From Camelus dromedarius (taxonomy: Eukaryota): 64,000 bases of DNA. The stretch spans positions 69,068,001 through 69,132,000 of the forward strand of contig NC_087444.1 of assembly GCF_036321535.1 (NCBI RefSeq), given 5' to 3'. Both the position numbers and the translations under genes were made by a program. This document shows positions 62,960-64,000 of the stretch, piece by piece (positions within the stretch are counted from its first letter, which is position 1; every line of letters starts with the position of its first letter). The notes below the pieces were generated by a model. That model did not search any database, had not been told where the DNA came from, and saw nothing but the letters and a program-made list of their open reading frames with translations.

Positions 62960-63360
62960 GAGTGCCAGGAAGAAGTGGATAGCTCCCTCAAAGGGGTAAA
63001 ATTAAGGTGAGTTTAATGAAAGGATGATTTACAGAGGTGTAGGCAGGGTTGTGAGAGCTTACAAGGGTGATGGAGACCTCTAGGGCCTCGGGCAGGGAAG
63101 GGAGTGAGAGGGAGGAGCACGGAGTAGAGAGAGACACCAGGCCCTGGCAGAAGATGGTCAAGCAGGGAGGGAATAAGTTGCTCAGCCACTTCTTTCTCCT
63201 CTCATCTCTGGCTAGCCAAACCCAACCGACAGTCTAAGGCCTGTATGGGCCAGGGAGCCCATTCACATGGTCTACACCAGACAACTCCCCTGGGCCCAGA
63301 GCAGGTGCAGAAGAGTGGAGGCGGCACCGGAGGGGCAGACGAAAGATACCCAGCAAGGCA
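62960..63360. mobile_element. ERVL/MaLR-type LTR fragment
   Basis: ...cccctgggcccagagcagg...gaggggcagacgaaagatacccagca resembles old LTR ends. Family not determined. Confidence 0.45.
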
Positions 63361-63878
63361 GCCAAACACTCTCACCAACGCAGTAAACATTCAGTGTCAT
63401 CTTATATCAGAAGTGGCACTCTGGGACATATTTGGTTTCAGCCCCACTGTGTTTTATAAAAACATAAATCAGTTGCCAACGTTTAAAAATAGGGAGATTT
63501 TGTCTCCAGATTTTTGGCTCCTCGTGGACTATAATATATTATGGCAACACTGAGCCTTTGTTCCTGGGAGGCTCTGTTCTCCGGGGCCGTGTGGCCACTG
63601 CCCCACTTCAGGAAGGCCTGGTTGCCTGGCCCCTGTGGGCATTTCAGCTCTGGACCCCAGCTCTGTGTTAATGAATCACAAAACCTGAACGCTCACAGCA
63701 TAGTCCCCTCTATGAAGTCACCATCCAGATGGTCCAGGATTTGTTTCTATTAATTTTCCTTGGGTACCATTGAAATGAAACTAAAAATTAAAAATATTCT
63801 CATGGATCCTTGTCTTCCAAGTATGAATTGCCAAACGTCCAGGGTCCCCCAGAACCCACTGACAAACCTCTTATTGAT

Positions 63879-64000
63879 TTTTTTTCTTTTTTGGGGGGGA
63901 GGAGTGGCCAATTAGGTTTATTTATTTCTTTATTTTTAATGCAAGTACTGGGAATTGAACCAAGGACCTTGTCCATGCTAAGCATGTGCTCTACTACTGA
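63879..64000 (-). mobile_element. tRNA-Ala-derived SINE cut by the window end
   Basis: Reverse complement tcagtagtagagcacatgcttagcatgg...ggttcaattcccagtac. Confidence 0.82.

Overview
Mammalian genomic DNA, syntenic to the human 19q13.2 block HIPK4-PRX-SERTAD1-SERTAD3-BLVRB-SPTBN4. A camelid source (camel, alpaca or vicuna) is inferred from 12 copies of a tRNA-Ala-derived SINE resembling the camelid Vic-1 family. The minus strand carries HIPK4 coding exons 1-2 (gene runs off the left edge) and the complete coding regions of PRX, SERTAD1, SERTAD3 and BLVRB. The plus strand carries SPTBN4 exon 1 and its first coding exon. I placed exon boundaries by hand from splice signals and reading-frame continuity. 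Top observations: (1) four upstream PRX exons and the nominally untranslated part of the ATG exon splice with no stop into one frame from an ATG at 21299/21314, giving a 121-126 aa N-terminally extended periaxin; (2) a retrotransposed 5' half of tRNA-Val with a 12-bp target-site duplication and G at the wobble position, possibly a record of inosine-34; (3) a dense SOX/TEAD motif cluster in a PRX intron; (4) a GC-AG first intron and a perfect ARE/NF-E2 site next to a GATA site in BLVRB. Homology calls and human comparisons come from recalled sequences, not database searches. Six N-runs (1,036 nt in total) hide sequence, one of them inside the PRX CDS.
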